The notes beneath the pieces are model-generated. The model ran no database searches, was not told the origin of the DNA, and was given only the letters and a program-made list of their open reading frames with translations. From Klebsiella phage ST340-VIM1phi10.1: a stretch of 36,124 bases of DNA. Below are positions 20,629 to 28,698 of this stretch, piece after piece; within the stretch, counting starts at the first letter, position 1; each line of letters starts with the position of its first letter. The position numbers and the translations under genes are program-made. The stretch is from sequence record MK422455.1; one strand, given 5' to 3'.

Positions 20629-21155
20629 TCATCTATCCCCCAACATGCCAGTGCGCTTTCCTGATCACGACGAGAGACCTGGCCGTAACAATTGTTCGAA
20701 CGCACGCGGCAATCTTTTCCGCCATCAAAAATCCACCGGCGAATTTCAGCGCAGGCGCCTTTCCGGTCACCGGCATTCAGCTTGCGGTAGAAGGTGGAAG
20801 GAAAGCATTTACCGGGCCCGATGTTATAGGGGCAGAAACTGGCAATCCCGACCTTTTGAGGGGGTGTCAGAGGAACACGCACATTCTGATCTACCCATGC
20901 CAGCGCCTTATTGCGCTCGACGGCATTAACCTGATCGCATTTGGCCTGGGTTAACTTCATTCCCTGGGTTACAGGTCTTCCATCTACCTGGGTAACTCCA
21001 CGACATATCGTCCATATGCCGGCGCCATCGCGGTATGACGTGAGGCTTTTGCCCTCTTTCTCATTCAGGAACTGGTCCATAAGAACGGGAGCTGAAGCGC
21101 CAGCAGCGATAAGCGCCAGCATGGCCGAACTGAGTTTCGTTTTCAGGTTAGCCAT
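20625..21155 (-). CDS. SAR endolysin (GH24 T4-lysozyme fold, phage 21 / P1 Lyz type)
   Basis: N-terminal signal-anchor-release segment LSSAMLALIAAGASAPVLM, then the catalytic region E ... DGAGIWTICRGVT. Confidence 0.85.
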   Translation of the reverse strand: MANLKTKLSSAMLALIAAGASAPVLMDQFLNEKEGKSLTSYRDGAGIWTICRGVTQVDGRPVTQGMKLTQAKCDQVNAVERNKALAWVDQNVRVPLTPPQKVGIASFCPYNIGPGKCFPSTFYRKLNAGDRKGACAEIRRWIFDGGKDCRVRSNNCYGQVSRRDQESALACWGIDE

Positions 21156-21157
21156 CG

Positions 21158-21415
21158 CTATTCATCCTGCGGTGGCGGGCCACCATAGCCACGATCGAGG
21201 GATTGCTGATACATCTTCGTCCAGCGGCGCTTAAAGTAGAGATTGGTCAGATAAGTCGCTACACCGATTATCACGCCACTGGCCAGGGCAATAAAATTCC
21301 AGTCAAGGCCATGAAACCAGTCATAGGTCCTTGCCAGCCCGGTGCATATCAGGCCGCCTGACGAGCAGTACGAGGCCGCCGAAAAGATTTTGTCAGGCAT
21401 TTTCATAGTCTCCAC
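21158..21415 (-). CDS. Pinholin (S21-like class II holin) with possible dual start
   Basis: Two transmembrane segments. ATYLTNLYFKRR matches S21 LTYLTNLYFKIRE. N-terminus METMKMPDK resembles dual-start antiholin/holin motifs. Confidence 0.75.
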   Translation of the reverse strand: METMKMPDKIFSAASYCSSGGLICTGLARTYDWFHGLDWNFIALASGVIIGVATYLTNLYFKRRWTKMYQQSLDRGYGGPPPQDE

Positions 21416-21670
21416 CTCCGATAATGTTCGGGGTGCTATCTGTAGTCAGTAAAAGGTTCAGGGCCGTCGGGCTGGATTTAACAACGAAGCGTGTCGATGA
21501 TGATTCCCGTGAGCCTGAAATGAAAAAGGCCACGCAAATGCGCAGCCTGTAATTGTCGCGGGTAAAATTTAATTGTCGCTCGTTGGACGCTAACCCGCTT
21601 TTGACAACGCGCCCATCCAGAGCGCGGCCTCAATGGAGGTCTTCCAGTCGGCCAACTTTTCAGTCGCCAG

Positions 21671-21696
21671 AAACAAAAAACCCCGCCGAAGCGAGG
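21671..21696 (-). terminator. tR'-like late terminator between Q and the lysis genes
   Basis: Minus-strand RNA forms CCUCGC-uucg-GCGGGG (UUCG tetraloop, one GU pair) followed by UUUUUUGUUU. Confidence 0.6.
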
Positions 21697-21740
21697 TTTC
21701 ATGTTTTAATTTCGTACGGGCGTTATATCCCACGATTGAA

Positions 21741-21770
21741 AGCATACTAGACACTTTTATGCAAAGTCAA
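21741..21770 (-). promoter_or_regulatory. Candidate late promoter pR' (TTGACT -35; TAGTAT or TATGCT -10)
   Basis: TTGACT at 21765-21770 (minus strand), 40 nt after the Q stop; -10 candidates sit at 15 or 18 bp spacing. The predicted transcript to tR' is about 60 nt. Confidence 0.3.
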
Positions 21771-21811
21771 TACTATCATGCAAAAAATAGCCGATATTTG
21801 TTCCGATCATA

Positions 21812-22594
21812 TTAATAACTTGTCGCTTTCTCAAATTCTACTGCAGCCTGACGCTCCCCCTGACGCAGCATGTCCACCAGCCCCTCATAGAACGGTTTCC
21901 AGTTGCGTGACCACGAAGACTGATGGAGATCCGGGAGACGCTTCAGAATGGCGCGGTGAACCGTCGCTGAGGGTACAACAGAGAAGCCATTTCCAGAGCA
22001 GCGCTCACATGTTTTGAAAACCGGTGCGCCAAGTTCTTTGGTCGCTTTGCGATCTAACACCTCCCCTTTACCACCACACCTGCATCGCGCATGGATCACT
22101 TTCTTTCCTCCACACACTCCACAGACCCTTTTCACCAGTTCATTTCTAATCTTTGGGGCCTTCACCTCGACACCGTCTGCATCGAAAATACCAGGGTGCT
22201 TAATTACATCTTCATGGCTGGAAATAAAGCCGGTTCCGCTGCAGCTGTGACACGTTGCGCTGGTGGCCGCCGAACGTGAGTACTCCGCAAAAGCAAATTG
22301 TGCCAGCGTCAACATGCAGGTGCCGAGCTTGTCACCGGCGGCTTTGCGGACATTTTTAGGAGCGTTTTTGATGGCAAACTGCGCCAGCGCCTGAATTGCA
22401 AGCTGTTCATCCGTTTTGCTGATACCAGCCTTTCCGAAGAAAGCGGCCAGGCCGAAGCGTGCCCTGCTGCTGGTCACACCGATCCCGGTCATAATGTCTG
22501 TGCCATTCAGGCGATTCGGGGATGTGCTTTTCGCGTCGTCGGTGATATGCATGCCCTGAGGGCTAAAGTGTTTGAGGGAGGCTTCCAGTTTCAT
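21812..22594 (-). CDS. Q: Late antiterminator Q (phage 82 / Phage_antitermQ type)
   Basis: Cys-rich zinc-binding motifs (CHSCSGTGF, CGVCGGKK ... CRCGGKGE, CERCSGNGF). Located immediately upstream of pR'/tR' and the lysis genes. ATG 22594 overlaps the upstream stop as ATGA. Confidence 0.8.
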   Translation of the reverse strand: MKLEASLKHFSPQGMHITDDAKSTSPNRLNGTDIMTGIGVTSSRARFGLAAFFGKAGISKTDEQLAIQALAQFAIKNAPKNVRKAAGDKLGTCMLTLAQFAFAEYSRSAATSATCHSCSGTGFISSHEDVIKHPGIFDADGVEVKAPKIRNELVKRVCGVCGGKKVIHARCRCGGKGEVLDRKATKELGAPVFKTCERCSGNGFSVVPSATVHRAILKRLPDLHQSSWSRNWKPFYEGLVDMLRQGERQAAVEFEKATSY

Positions 22595-23067
22595 TCTTCG
22601 CACTCCCCGACCAGGTTCAAAATAATGCGATCAAACAGCGAATCCCGTTCCTCAAAATAGTCACATGCCAGTAACCACTTGCAGACTGTTAATGCTTCAG
22701 CCCGGGTAACTGGTTTCATGGCGCACAAAAGGTCAGTGAGCCACCCGCGCCGATCCCAGATAATCTGGACGTAGCCATCGCCATTTTGTGTTTTATACCT
22801 GTGACGAAGTACGGATTCCCAGTAATCCCATTCAATGGTTACATCGCTTAATGTCCAGGGAGAGAGGAGGATGTTTTTAAAACCTTTAATTTCTCTTACG
22901 CGAAGTTCTTCCGCCTCACGACTTAAGTTTTTTTCATCGGCCCAGTTTGCATAAATATGACTGAAGCGCTCCATAACAAGGCGCTCAGCATCAGTAATTT
23001 TCTCAGGCGAAAAGTCCTGTTCGATGGTGAAGAATTGGTTATGTTGCAGATTGTTATTGTTCATCAT
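22591..23067 (-). CDS. Hypothetical protein (158 aa) in the nin-like region
   Basis: Coupled by ATGA overlaps to the primase upstream and Q downstream; no motif recognised. Confidence 0.45.
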   Translation of the reverse strand: MMNNNNLQHNQFFTIEQDFSPEKITDAERLVMERFSHIYANWADEKNLSREAEELRVREIKGFKNILLSPWTLSDVTIEWDYWESVLRHRYKTQNGDGYVQIIWDRRGWLTDLLCAMKPVTRAEALTVCKWLLACDYFEERDSLFDRIILNLVGECEE

Positions 23068-24041
23068 GCTGCCACCTTTTTATAGAAAACTTGTTCACGA
23101 ACCTGATCGCCGTTCATAAGCATATCATTGAAATCTCCGTTATCCGGCCAGCGTATGCTGACTTTCACCAGGTCGTTTTTCGCCAGCAGGTTTGCGTGGG
23201 CGCACTCGAACGCCGCGGCATGTCCAGTTGCAGAGTGCTTGTCCATGTCGGCAAAAATAATCAGATGCTTCACACCTGCCGGGACCCGGAATTTCTTCAT
23301 AAACCCGCTGTTGATTACCGCCCAGGTGTTGACGCCATAAACCTGATAACAGGAGAGTGCTGTTTCGATACCTTCGGCAATGCCGATCGTCGTTGATACC
23401 GGAAACATGCGAATGGCCACAGAGCGGGCGTGATCCAGATAGCTGTCCTCTTGAAGCGACTTAAGACGTTTGGCGCTATCAATATCTGCCTTCCTGTCGC
23501 CGTCCAGCAGCGTCTGGTGCAGGTAACAAAGCTCAGCTTTGTCATCGGTAGCCAGGGCATACAGAGCTTGATAAACGCGCCCCGCATGGCGTTGGCGGTC
23601 ACAAAAACGGATGCCTTCTGCCGGCAGGCGACTTATCCCACGTTGAAGAAGGTAACCAGCCGCGCTAGTTCCCCGTAAATCGAGCAACTTGGAAAACTTA
23701 CTGATGACTCGCTGGCGCTGCCGCGCCGCCGAACTGTTAGAAGGCACGTTGATGCGCTGATAGTTATTCCCGATGAGCTGGTCCACTTCTGCGCAGATGG
23801 CGGAAAAGCTTTTTGACTGGGTCAGGGTCAGCAGCTTCATCCCGTCACCGCTACCGCATACACAGATCCATGTACCCTGACCGTCACGGTCATCAACGCG
23901 ATACTTCCCCCGCGCCTTACAGACCGGACATTCTCCCTTGTAATGGTTTTTCCCGGTGATAGGCGGCAGCCCGTAATATTCAAAAATTTCTGACCACCGG
24001 CCTTTTGCTGCTTCTGCTGTTTTCATATCACTGACTCGCAC
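23064..24041 (-). CDS. DNA primase (zinc ribbon + TOPRIM)
   Basis: CPVCKARGKYRVDDRDGQGTWICVCG zinc ribbon; TOPRIM motifs IAEGIETALS and IIFADMD. Confidence 0.75.
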   Translation of the reverse strand: MRVSDMKTAEAAKGRWSEIFEYYGLPPITGKNHYKGECPVCKARGKYRVDDRDGQGTWICVCGSGDGMKLLTLTQSKSFSAICAEVDQLIGNNYQRINVPSNSSAARQRQRVISKFSKLLDLRGTSAAGYLLQRGISRLPAEGIRFCDRQRHAGRVYQALYALATDDKAELCYLHQTLLDGDRKADIDSAKRLKSLQEDSYLDHARSVAIRMFPVSTTIGIAEGIETALSCYQVYGVNTWAVINSGFMKKFRVPAGVKHLIIFADMDKHSATGHAAAFECAHANLLAKNDLVKVSIRWPDNGDFNDMLMNGDQVREQVFYKKVAA

Positions 24042-25686
24042 TATTTACGTTTTTCTGGAGTTTTCGTTTTGCTTCGATAATTAATTGCCCGTCGCTGCCC
24101 TCAGGAGGCTCATAGTTGATACTGGCGCTCGGAGGTGGAAATAGATCCTGGTCAGGTTTCTTCCCCATCTGCTGCAGGCGTTCGCGGCGTTTAGCAAATT
24201 TGATAAGTTTGTGTTTGATGTGATTGCTGACCTCCGGTGTGATCTCCATTGGAAAGTCGCTTAAGCCGTTGGGCCATTCGCCGAATTTCTCCTGAAAGGT
24301 ATGAGCACACCAGCCATCGCTGACAGGTTTCCCCTGCGCCGCACGATGACGCTGGTAAAACTTGATCTGACTCCACCAGGACTGCTTGTCGCTTTTGGTA
24401 TAAACCGTTTCGTGCTTGCTCATTTTTTTGATGTTGCGGGTGCCGTCAGTCTCGACGTCCTGACCAACGAGCGGTTTAAATCCGCACTTTGGGCAGACGT
24501 AAACGCCGGATGGCTTCATGAAATGACATTCGGGGCATTCTTTCGGAAGTTTTTCTTCGCGCTCCTTAGTTGCGCCGGCAGCGGCCGCTTTCATGCCGTC
24601 GTTTGTGGATGGCAGATCGTCGTATTCGATGGAGTCAGGGAAGCCGAGGCGATGCACAGTGCCACTGTGATCAAAAATCAGGCAGGCATCTTTCCCGGGT
24701 GCAGTTCGCAGTCCGCGGCCCAGCGCCTGCAGCCAGCGAATTTCACTTTTTGTCGGACGGGCGTAGATAATGCAGCGAACATCACTATCAAAACCGGCCA
24801 CCAGCACACCCACACTGACGATTATTTTTGTGGCGCCAGTCTCGAAGCGGTGGATCATCGCCTGCCGTTCTTCGTGGGGTGTTTCTGCGACCATCACCTC
24901 AGCGTTAATGCCCGCCTTGTTAAACTGCATGGTTACAAAGTTTGCGTGGGCCTTGTTAACGCAGAACGCCACCGTAGGAAGGTCACGACCATGACGAAGC
25001 CAGTTATCGACGATATCGCCCACCAGGTCAGAACCGCACATGATTTCCGCCAGCTGGGACTCGTCGTAATCAGTACCGAACTCTATAGATGGCTTCGTTT
25101 CTACCCCGCTAAGATCCGGTTTTGTTGGGGCGAAAAATTCGTACTTACTGAGGTCACCACGCTGGATCAATTCGCCAATCGTCGTTGGCTTAATCAGGTG
25201 TTGATAGTAATGGCCCAGGAACGGCGCAAAAGGGGTACCAGATAAACCGATAACCTTCGCTTTTTTCTCCGCTGTGATCCGTTCGATTTCTTTCAGGATA
25301 CGGCGTTTACGCAGGTGCGCCTCATCGACAATAAGCAGATCGATGTTTTTGGGAAATTCACGCCTAATGAGCGTGTCAGCGCTCGCAATCTGGATCAGCA
25401 GATTTGGGTCGTAGTTCGGGTGATCACGCCAGATAAAACTAATCTGGTCTTCCGGCAACCCGTATTCTGTAAAGCGCTGGGCGGTCTGGTTAATCAGGAT
25501 CGTATACGGGGCGACAAACAGAACACGCATACCACGACTAACCAGGCCGGCGGCGATAAACGCAGCCAGGCCTGTTTTGCCGCTTCCGGTCGGTGCGTAG
25601 ACCATGAAGGAATCGTGCGCCTTCCAGGTGCGCCGCAGCATGTTAAGCCCACGTTCCTGTGCAAAGTTCGGTGTGATGTTAAGCAT
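24028..25686 (-). CDS. SF2 DEAD/DEAH-box replicative helicase with C-terminal zinc ribbon
   Basis: Walker A APTGSGKT, LIVDEAH, helicase C motifs, and a C-terminal CPECH ... CPKCG zinc ribbon. Confidence 0.8.
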   Translation of the reverse strand: MLNITPNFAQERGLNMLRRTWKAHDSFMVYAPTGSGKTGLAAFIAAGLVSRGMRVLFVAPYTILINQTAQRFTEYGLPEDQISFIWRDHPNYDPNLLIQIASADTLIRREFPKNIDLLIVDEAHLRKRRILKEIERITAEKKAKVIGLSGTPFAPFLGHYYQHLIKPTTIGELIQRGDLSKYEFFAPTKPDLSGVETKPSIEFGTDYDESQLAEIMCGSDLVGDIVDNWLRHGRDLPTVAFCVNKAHANFVTMQFNKAGINAEVMVAETPHEERQAMIHRFETGATKIIVSVGVLVAGFDSDVRCIIYARPTKSEIRWLQALGRGLRTAPGKDACLIFDHSGTVHRLGFPDSIEYDDLPSTNDGMKAAAAGATKEREEKLPKECPECHFMKPSGVYVCPKCGFKPLVGQDVETDGTRNIKKMSKHETVYTKSDKQSWWSQIKFYQRHRAAQGKPVSDGWCAHTFQEKFGEWPNGLSDFPMEITPEVSNHIKHKLIKFAKRRERLQQMGKKPDQDLFPPPSASINYEPPEGSDGQLIIEAKRKLQKNVNSASQ

Positions 25687-25994
25687 TGTCAGCCCTTTTT
25701 GAGTTCTACTCTTCCAGGAAGAAACATTCCTGACCTCTTGCCGGGATACCGTGTACCAGTTTGCTAGTGCGCCGCTCTTTTATGGTTCTGCCTTCAAGAT
25801 CGGTACCTACCTAACCCATGTACCTGTCTGTTGGAAAAGGACGCTATTCCTGCCCTAACTCCCAACTCCCCCCAACCCCCCTCTTCCCTCTTCCCCATCC
25901 CATGTACTCGCAAGCTGGTACAAAGAACAAAAAACAGTCAAGGATTGTTCCCTGCTATCACCCGGCACCTTTAAGCCCGGTGACCAACGGATCG

Positions 25995-26288
25995 TTACTG
26001 AGATCCGGCCAGGGGTGGCTGGGTCGTATACCCCTGCAGTGCGCGTCCGTGTGCATCCACGAATCTGCGAAGCCTCACATTGGCTTCATGCCTTGCCCGG
26101 TTCTCCTTGCGGTATGGAACGGGCTCGGCTTCGAACGATTCCTGATACACAGCTGCATAACGCTGAATGGCTTTTTGTCGTGCTGCTGGCGTCAGGCTCA
26201 GTAACTGCTGCTTGATCCATTCTTCATCTGCAGATGCGTACACAGATGGGAGCAAACCGTGGTCAGGCCTCATCCCGTGCAACATCAT
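25995..26288 (-). CDS. Hypothetical protein at the cII position
   Basis: 97 aa immediately downstream of cro; basic C-terminal half; function not recognised. Confidence 0.4.
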   Translation of the reverse strand: MMLHGMRPDHGLLPSVYASADEEWIKQQLLSLTPAARQKAIQRYAAVYQESFEAEPVPYRKENRARHEANVRLRRFVDAHGRALQGYTTQPPLAGSQ

Positions 26289-26484
26289 CTGAAAATACCT
26301 CGTCCAAACTTGTATTCAGGCCAAGCTGTTTAAACGCGCTGACGATCCGCTTTCCGACTGCAACATCAGGAATCCTTCTTCCTGTTTCGTAGTGGCTAAC
26401 GGCCCCCTGGGAGCTATCAATCAGCGCGGCCAGCTCTCCCTGAGTTACCTTTGCTTTGCGTCTAAGGCTCTTGATTCCACTCAT
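26263..26484 (-). CDS. cro: Cro-like HTH (XRE family) regulator
   Basis: 73 aa from ATG 26484. HTH VTQGELAALIDSSQGAVSHYETGRRIP. Divergent from cI. Confidence 0.7.
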   Translation of the reverse strand: MSGIKSLRRKAKVTQGELAALIDSSQGAVSHYETGRRIPDVAVGKRIVSAFKQLGLNTSLDEVFSDDVARDEA

Positions 26485-26581
26485 TCGATTAGTCTCGCAT
26501 AAATAATACATAACGTACTATACACGGTCACAAGAATAATACAAAATGGAAGTTGCTCAGTAAATACGGAATGTAATAATC
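26485..26581. promoter_or_regulatory. OR-like divergent promoter/operator region (pR / pRM)
   Basis: 97-bp cI-cro intergenic region. ATAATACA at 26503-26510 and 26536-26543, a related GTAATAAT at 26572-26579, and AATACATAACGTA at 26505-26517. Confidence 0.5.
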
Positions 26582-27250
26582 ATGGCTATGAAACAGAGAT
26601 GGCAGGACCTGGCCAAAACCAGGATGAAAGAAGTCGGCATGACTCAAGAACAGCTGGCAGAGGCGCTCGGCATAACGCAGGGCGGGCTGGGCCATTGGTT
26701 AAACGCCAGACGTGAACCGAACTTAGAGGTTATAGCTAAGATTTTTAACATATTGAAAATGCCCGGCTTCGTAGTAAATGCTGACGGCACTATCAGCGAC
26801 TCAAGAGCCGATCACAATGTAAGTTTTAATAGCATTAACGAATCCAAGGGAAGCTACCCTGTTATAAGCTGGGTTAGCGCTGGAGATTGGATGGAAGCTG
26901 TAGAACCGTACCACCGTAGAGCGATAGATCGATGGTATGACACCACCGTTGAATGCTCTGAGGATTCGTTCTGGTTAGACGTCAGAGGCGATTCCATGAC
27001 ATCACCAGCAGGGCTGAGCATACCGGAAGGGATGGCGATACTTGTCGATCCCCAAGTGGAAGCAATCAACGGAAAATTGGTTGTAGCGAAACTTGACGGT
27101 GACAATGAAGCCACTTTCAAAAAGCTTGTTATCGATGCCGGTCAAAGATTTCTCAAACCCCTCAACCCCCAATACCCAATAATCCCTATCAATGGCAATT
27201 GCCGTATTATCGGGGTTGTAGTCGACGCAAAAATCACCAACCTCCCATAA
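26582..27250 (+). CDS. cI: CI-type repressor (N-terminal HTH, C-terminal LexA/S24 autopeptidase domain)
   Basis: HTH MTQEQLAEALGITQGGLGHWLN. S24 domain with GDSM Ser and KLVVAK Lys motifs. Confidence 0.85.
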   Translation: MAMKQRWQDLAKTRMKEVGMTQEQLAEALGITQGGLGHWLNARREPNLEVIAKIFNILKMPGFVVNADGTISDSRADHNVSFNSINESKGSYPVISWVSAGDWMEAVEPYHRRAIDRWYDTTVECSEDSFWLDVRGDSMTSPAGLSIPEGMAILVDPQVEAINGKLVVAKLDGDNEATFKKLVIDAGQRFLKPLNPQYPIIPINGNCRIIGVVVDAKITNLP

Positions 27251-27254
27251 ATTG

Positions 27255-27277
27255 GCCGCGAAAGCGGCTTTTTTTTT
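27255..27277 (+). terminator. Intrinsic terminator after cI
   Basis: GCCGC-GAAA-GCGGC hairpin followed by T9, starting 5 nt after the cI stop. Confidence 0.7.
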
Positions 27278-27371
27278 GCCTCCAACACCCCACCAGAAAC
27301 TAAAAAACCTTGAAAAACAAAATGATGTGAAATAACACACCAAAATACTCCATTTTGTATTGATCTTATTT

Positions 27372-27386
27372 AATACGTTATGTATT
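27372..27386. promoter_or_regulatory. OL-like operator: inverted copy of the OR motif (AATACGTTATGTATT)
   Basis: 13 contiguous bp TACGTTATGTATT are the exact reverse complement of AATACATAACGTA in OR (26505-26517). Internally palindromic (AATAC-N5-GTATT). Confidence 0.45.
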
Positions 27387-27420
27387 GTTTATGCATTAGC
27401 GGATTAATGGAGTGCAAAAG

Positions 27421-27735
27421 ATGAGTACAGAGAAATTTTTTCAACTGGTAACTATACCTGATTACCGTTTCTCTTCCGATAAAGAGCAATGTCAAAACAT
27501 TGATTTCGACAAAATTGCTACTGATTGCGATACAAAAACAATATCTATTTTGCAAGCCATCAATCATATAGGGGTTAGCATAATGAGTGAGGCAGAAGAA
27601 AAGAGATTAAATAAAGATAAAATAATGATGCTTTCTAGTGTGGTTGCAGACCTCGCTGAATTAGCAATAGCAACAAATAAAATAGCTAACTCAGCAACAT
27701 ATTCTTCCGGTTATAAGGATGCTAAAAATGTCTGA
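27421..27735 (+). CDS. Small acidic hypothetical protein (104 aa), AT-rich moron
   Basis: GGAG 8 nt before ATG 27421; about 35% GC; no recognisable domain. Confidence 0.5.
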   Translation: MSTEKFFQLVTIPDYRFSSDKEQCQNIDFDKIATDCDTKTISILQAINHIGVSIMSEAEEKRLNKDKIMMLSSVVADLAELAIATNKIANSATYSSGYKDAKNV

Positions 27736-27916
27736 TATCACTTTGCAAAAAGCAGCATCAAAGGCTTACCAGGCTGAGATTGTGGCGAGGATGCTTGAGA
27801 ACTACCCTCATAAACTGACCGACTCAGACGTGGAATCTGTCGCCTCACTTTTGGCTGATCTGATTGGGCCAGTTGCAGCGTACCTTATTGAGGAAGAGTC
27901 TAAAAACCCGGCTTAA
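27728..27916 (+). CDS. Small acidic helical hypothetical protein (62 aa), translationally coupled to the upstream gene
   Basis: AAGG 8 nt before ATG 27728; 8-nt overlap with the upstream stop; net acidic. Confidence 0.5.
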   Translation: MSDITLQKAASKAYQAEIVARMLENYPHKLTDSDVESVASLLADLIGPVAAYLIEEESKNPA

Positions 27917-27984
27917 AAATTTAATTAGTAATTTTAATTACAGGAGTAATCCCGGGGATTTCTGCAATCAAATTAAGGGTAACC

Positions 27985-28083
27985 ATGATTAATAAACAAG
28001 CATTTAAAACAGCTCAGTTATTTGTCTCTCTTGGTTATTGGTCTATAGCCATGCTTTATTTAAAAAAGGCTTACGGTAAATAA
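27985..28083 (+). CDS. Possible 32-aa hydrophobic peptide (MINKQAFKTAQLFVSLGYWSIAMLYLKKAYGK)
   Basis: AAGGGT 5 nt before the ATG; its stop lies 2 nt before the next gene's GTG start. Confidence 0.2.
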   Translation: MINKQAFKTAQLFVSLGYWSIAMLYLKKAYGK

Positions 28084-28085
28084 AA

Positions 28086-28451
28086 GTGAATAATTTAATT
28101 AGCACTTATAGACGCAGAATTTTAAAAGCGGCCTTGTTACGCCACCAGCGAAAGACTGGGAGTAGCTTACTTGTCATTAAGCTCAACAAGGGTGGGATTA
28201 GTACTATCGAATTAACTGAGATTCTTCTTGATGGATTGTTGCGGAAATTCGAGCGACTGGCGCTCGGTGAATACGGAAATGTGGAAGGTGTGAAAGCTCT
28301 TAAGGGAATTTACAGCAACTCTGTTGATGTTAATGGCAGCGGCGAATTCCTCACAGAAAGCGGGAAAGAGTTAATCGACGAGCTTATTTCTGAACTGGTT
28401 GAGTTCGTCAAAAAGCAGAAACCAGTTACTGCGGAGTCCGGCAATGAATAA
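28086..28451 (+). CDS. Hypothetical protein with N-terminal arginine-rich motif (candidate N-like antiterminator; weak)
   Basis: STYRRRILKAALLRHQRK near the N-terminus; located downstream of the OL-like site; GTG start; C-terminal half acidic, unlike lambda N. Confidence 0.4.
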   Translation: MNNLISTYRRRILKAALLRHQRKTGSSLLVIKLNKGGISTIELTEILLDGLLRKFERLALGEYGNVEGVKALKGIYSNSVDVNGSGEFLTESGKELIDELISELVEFVKKQKPVTAESGNE

Positions 28452-28698
28452 CCAGCAAACAATGCTCTATCAGGGTGTGCTGATCCCCCGCCCCGTGTTG
28501 AACGTGGATCTGCATGTCCTCCCTGATTTTACCGGGCGGGTAGTCTTGCACATCGAGAACGGGAGGGTGATATGCGACCGCCAGCTGTTCGACGACGAGC
28601 ACATTTGCACACTGGCCACGTTTATCGAAATGGCCCGCGACGCGGGGTTGAGGATCGAGGAGGAAGCTGGTGGCACTGACAGCGATACGAATTCCTGA
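28444..28698 (+). CDS. Hypothetical protein (84 aa), start overlaps the upstream stop (ATGAATAA)
   Basis: ATG 28444 overlaps TAA 28449-28451. Confidence 0.4.
   Translation: MNNQQTMLYQGVLIPRPVLNVDLHVLPDFTGRVVLHIENGRVICDRQLFDDEHICTLATFIEMARDAGLRIEEEAGGTDSDTNS

Noticed and set aside
21478-21702. 74-aa minus-strand ORF between the lysis genes and Q
   Set aside because: It spans the tR' terminator hairpin and the predicted late leader. It has no ribosome-binding site and is more plausibly non-coding regulatory DNA.
25818-26204. 128-aa plus-strand ORF covering the C-rich tract
   Set aside because: Its product is a proline-rich translation of the C-rich tract and it overlaps the minus-strand cII-position gene. 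Likely spurious.
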